The translations under genes and the position numbers were made by a program. 64,000 bases of DNA from positions 914,063 to 978,062 of the forward strand of contig NW_003314299.1 of the NCBI RefSeq assembly GCF_000143415.4, given 5' to 3'. Within the stretch, counting starts at the first letter, position 1, and every line of letters starts with the position of its first letter. The notes under the pieces are model-generated. The model made no database searches and had not been told where the DNA came from. It saw nothing but the letters and a program-made list of their open reading frames with translations. This DNA is from Selaginella moellendorffii (taxonomy: Eukaryota; Plantae; Lycopodiophyta). Below, in pieces: positions 63,355 to 64,000 of the stretch.

Positions 63355-63427
63355 TTCCGTTGACGGGATTTGAACTAGGGTCGCCTGGATGAAAGCCAGG
63401 CATCTGACCGGAATAGACGACAACGGA
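63355..63427 (-). tRNA. tRNA-Glu(UUC), probably a pseudogene
   Basis: Sequence TCCGTTGTCGTCTATTCCGGTCAGATGCCTGGCTTTCATCCAGGCGACCCTAGTTCAAATCCCGTCAACGGAA. Acceptor and anticodon stems are intact and the anticodon is TTC, but the T-stem is mispaired. Confidence 0.85.
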
Positions 63428-63465
63428 TTAGAGACCTCAGATAAAATAACAGTATTTGTATTATC

Positions 63466-64000
63466 AGACAGAAGACGTAAGATTGATCGAAGTGTCCCTT
63501 CCTACAAGCACAGTACAAAGAGGCTCTGAGCGATTTTAGATTTTGATGGGAGTAAGTACCCGTCTCGTCCAGAATACATTGGCGAATAGTTGTAGATCAA
63601 TAGCTGCTCTTCTTCTTCCCAAGAAGCTGTGTGGCTTGACTTCAGAGCCTCGCTACTCAGACAAACAGTCGACAGTTTATCCTGTCTAATGAGAACTGAC
63701 GAAGAAGCTCGCAGCGCTCTGTGTAATTCGAACGGCATCCGGAGAGTGAGGTATTCCTTCATATCCCCATTCGAAAGCATTCTTCTGCAAAATCGAGAGA
63801 ATATCTAAACAAAGAGGTGAAAAACGAGAAAAGCTCTACCTCGGGATGCCATTGCACACTAGTTACTGGATACTTGCGTCCTTCAATCCTCGAAATATAT
63901 ATCTGAAAATCCAAAGGAACTGATGGCTCAAGAGATTTGGCACCGAGAATTACCTTTCCATTCAGGTCAGGAGTTGTAGTTAGCACGTCGAAGAAATCTC
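63466..64000 (-). pseudogene. GGH: Gamma-glutamyl hydrolase (peptidase C26) 3' exons; the gene continues beyond the window; one splice donor and the stop codon appear damaged
   Basis: Exons DFFDVLTTTPDLNGK | IYISRIEGRKYPVTSVQWHPE | KNAFEWGYEGIPHSPDAVRITQ | EALKS..LIYNYSP | KGHFDQSYVF. Introns 63903-63953 and 63785-63839. The donor present in the left copy is deleted at ~63695. Confidence 0.85.

Overview
Transposon-dense eukaryotic nuclear DNA from a land plant. The TTTAGGG repeats, the very short 47-60 nt GT-AG introns and a Tat-type retrotransposon with its extra RNase H ahead of RT suggest a lycophyte such as Selaginella; this is inference. The window starts with a decayed GCM/SWIM-type Mutator (MULE) transposase (1.6-4.9 kb). 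Next come a Ty3/gypsy chromovirus whose integrase is split by spliceosomal-type introns (5.6-11.2 kb) and two further gypsy fragments. A four-level nest fills 16.9-54.3 kb: a non-coding LTR element contains a Tat retrotransposon, which contains an inverted second copy of the non-coding element, which contains a solo LTR and a 12.7-kb Sola-like DNA transposon. The right end holds a PIF/Harbinger element and a block of host gene remnants (gamma-glutamyl hydrolase, tRNA-Glu, BAHD acyltransferase) that is also present as an inverted copy at 15.3-16.8 kb. The best candidate for an undescribed system is the Sola-like element (31363-44069; perfect 24-bp TIRs, ACAT target duplication). Besides its transposase it carries a spliced gene with a ParB/Srx-like domain, a degenerate N6/N4 DNA-methyltransferase-like fold and an FCP1-like phosphatase domain. 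About 20 copies of a 22-bp palindrome (ATGGCRTGWGGCCWCAYGCCAT) are scattered through its introns and spacers, resembling a ParB/parS-like self-recognition module. All domain calls come from motif recognition by eye and need HMM or structure confirmation.
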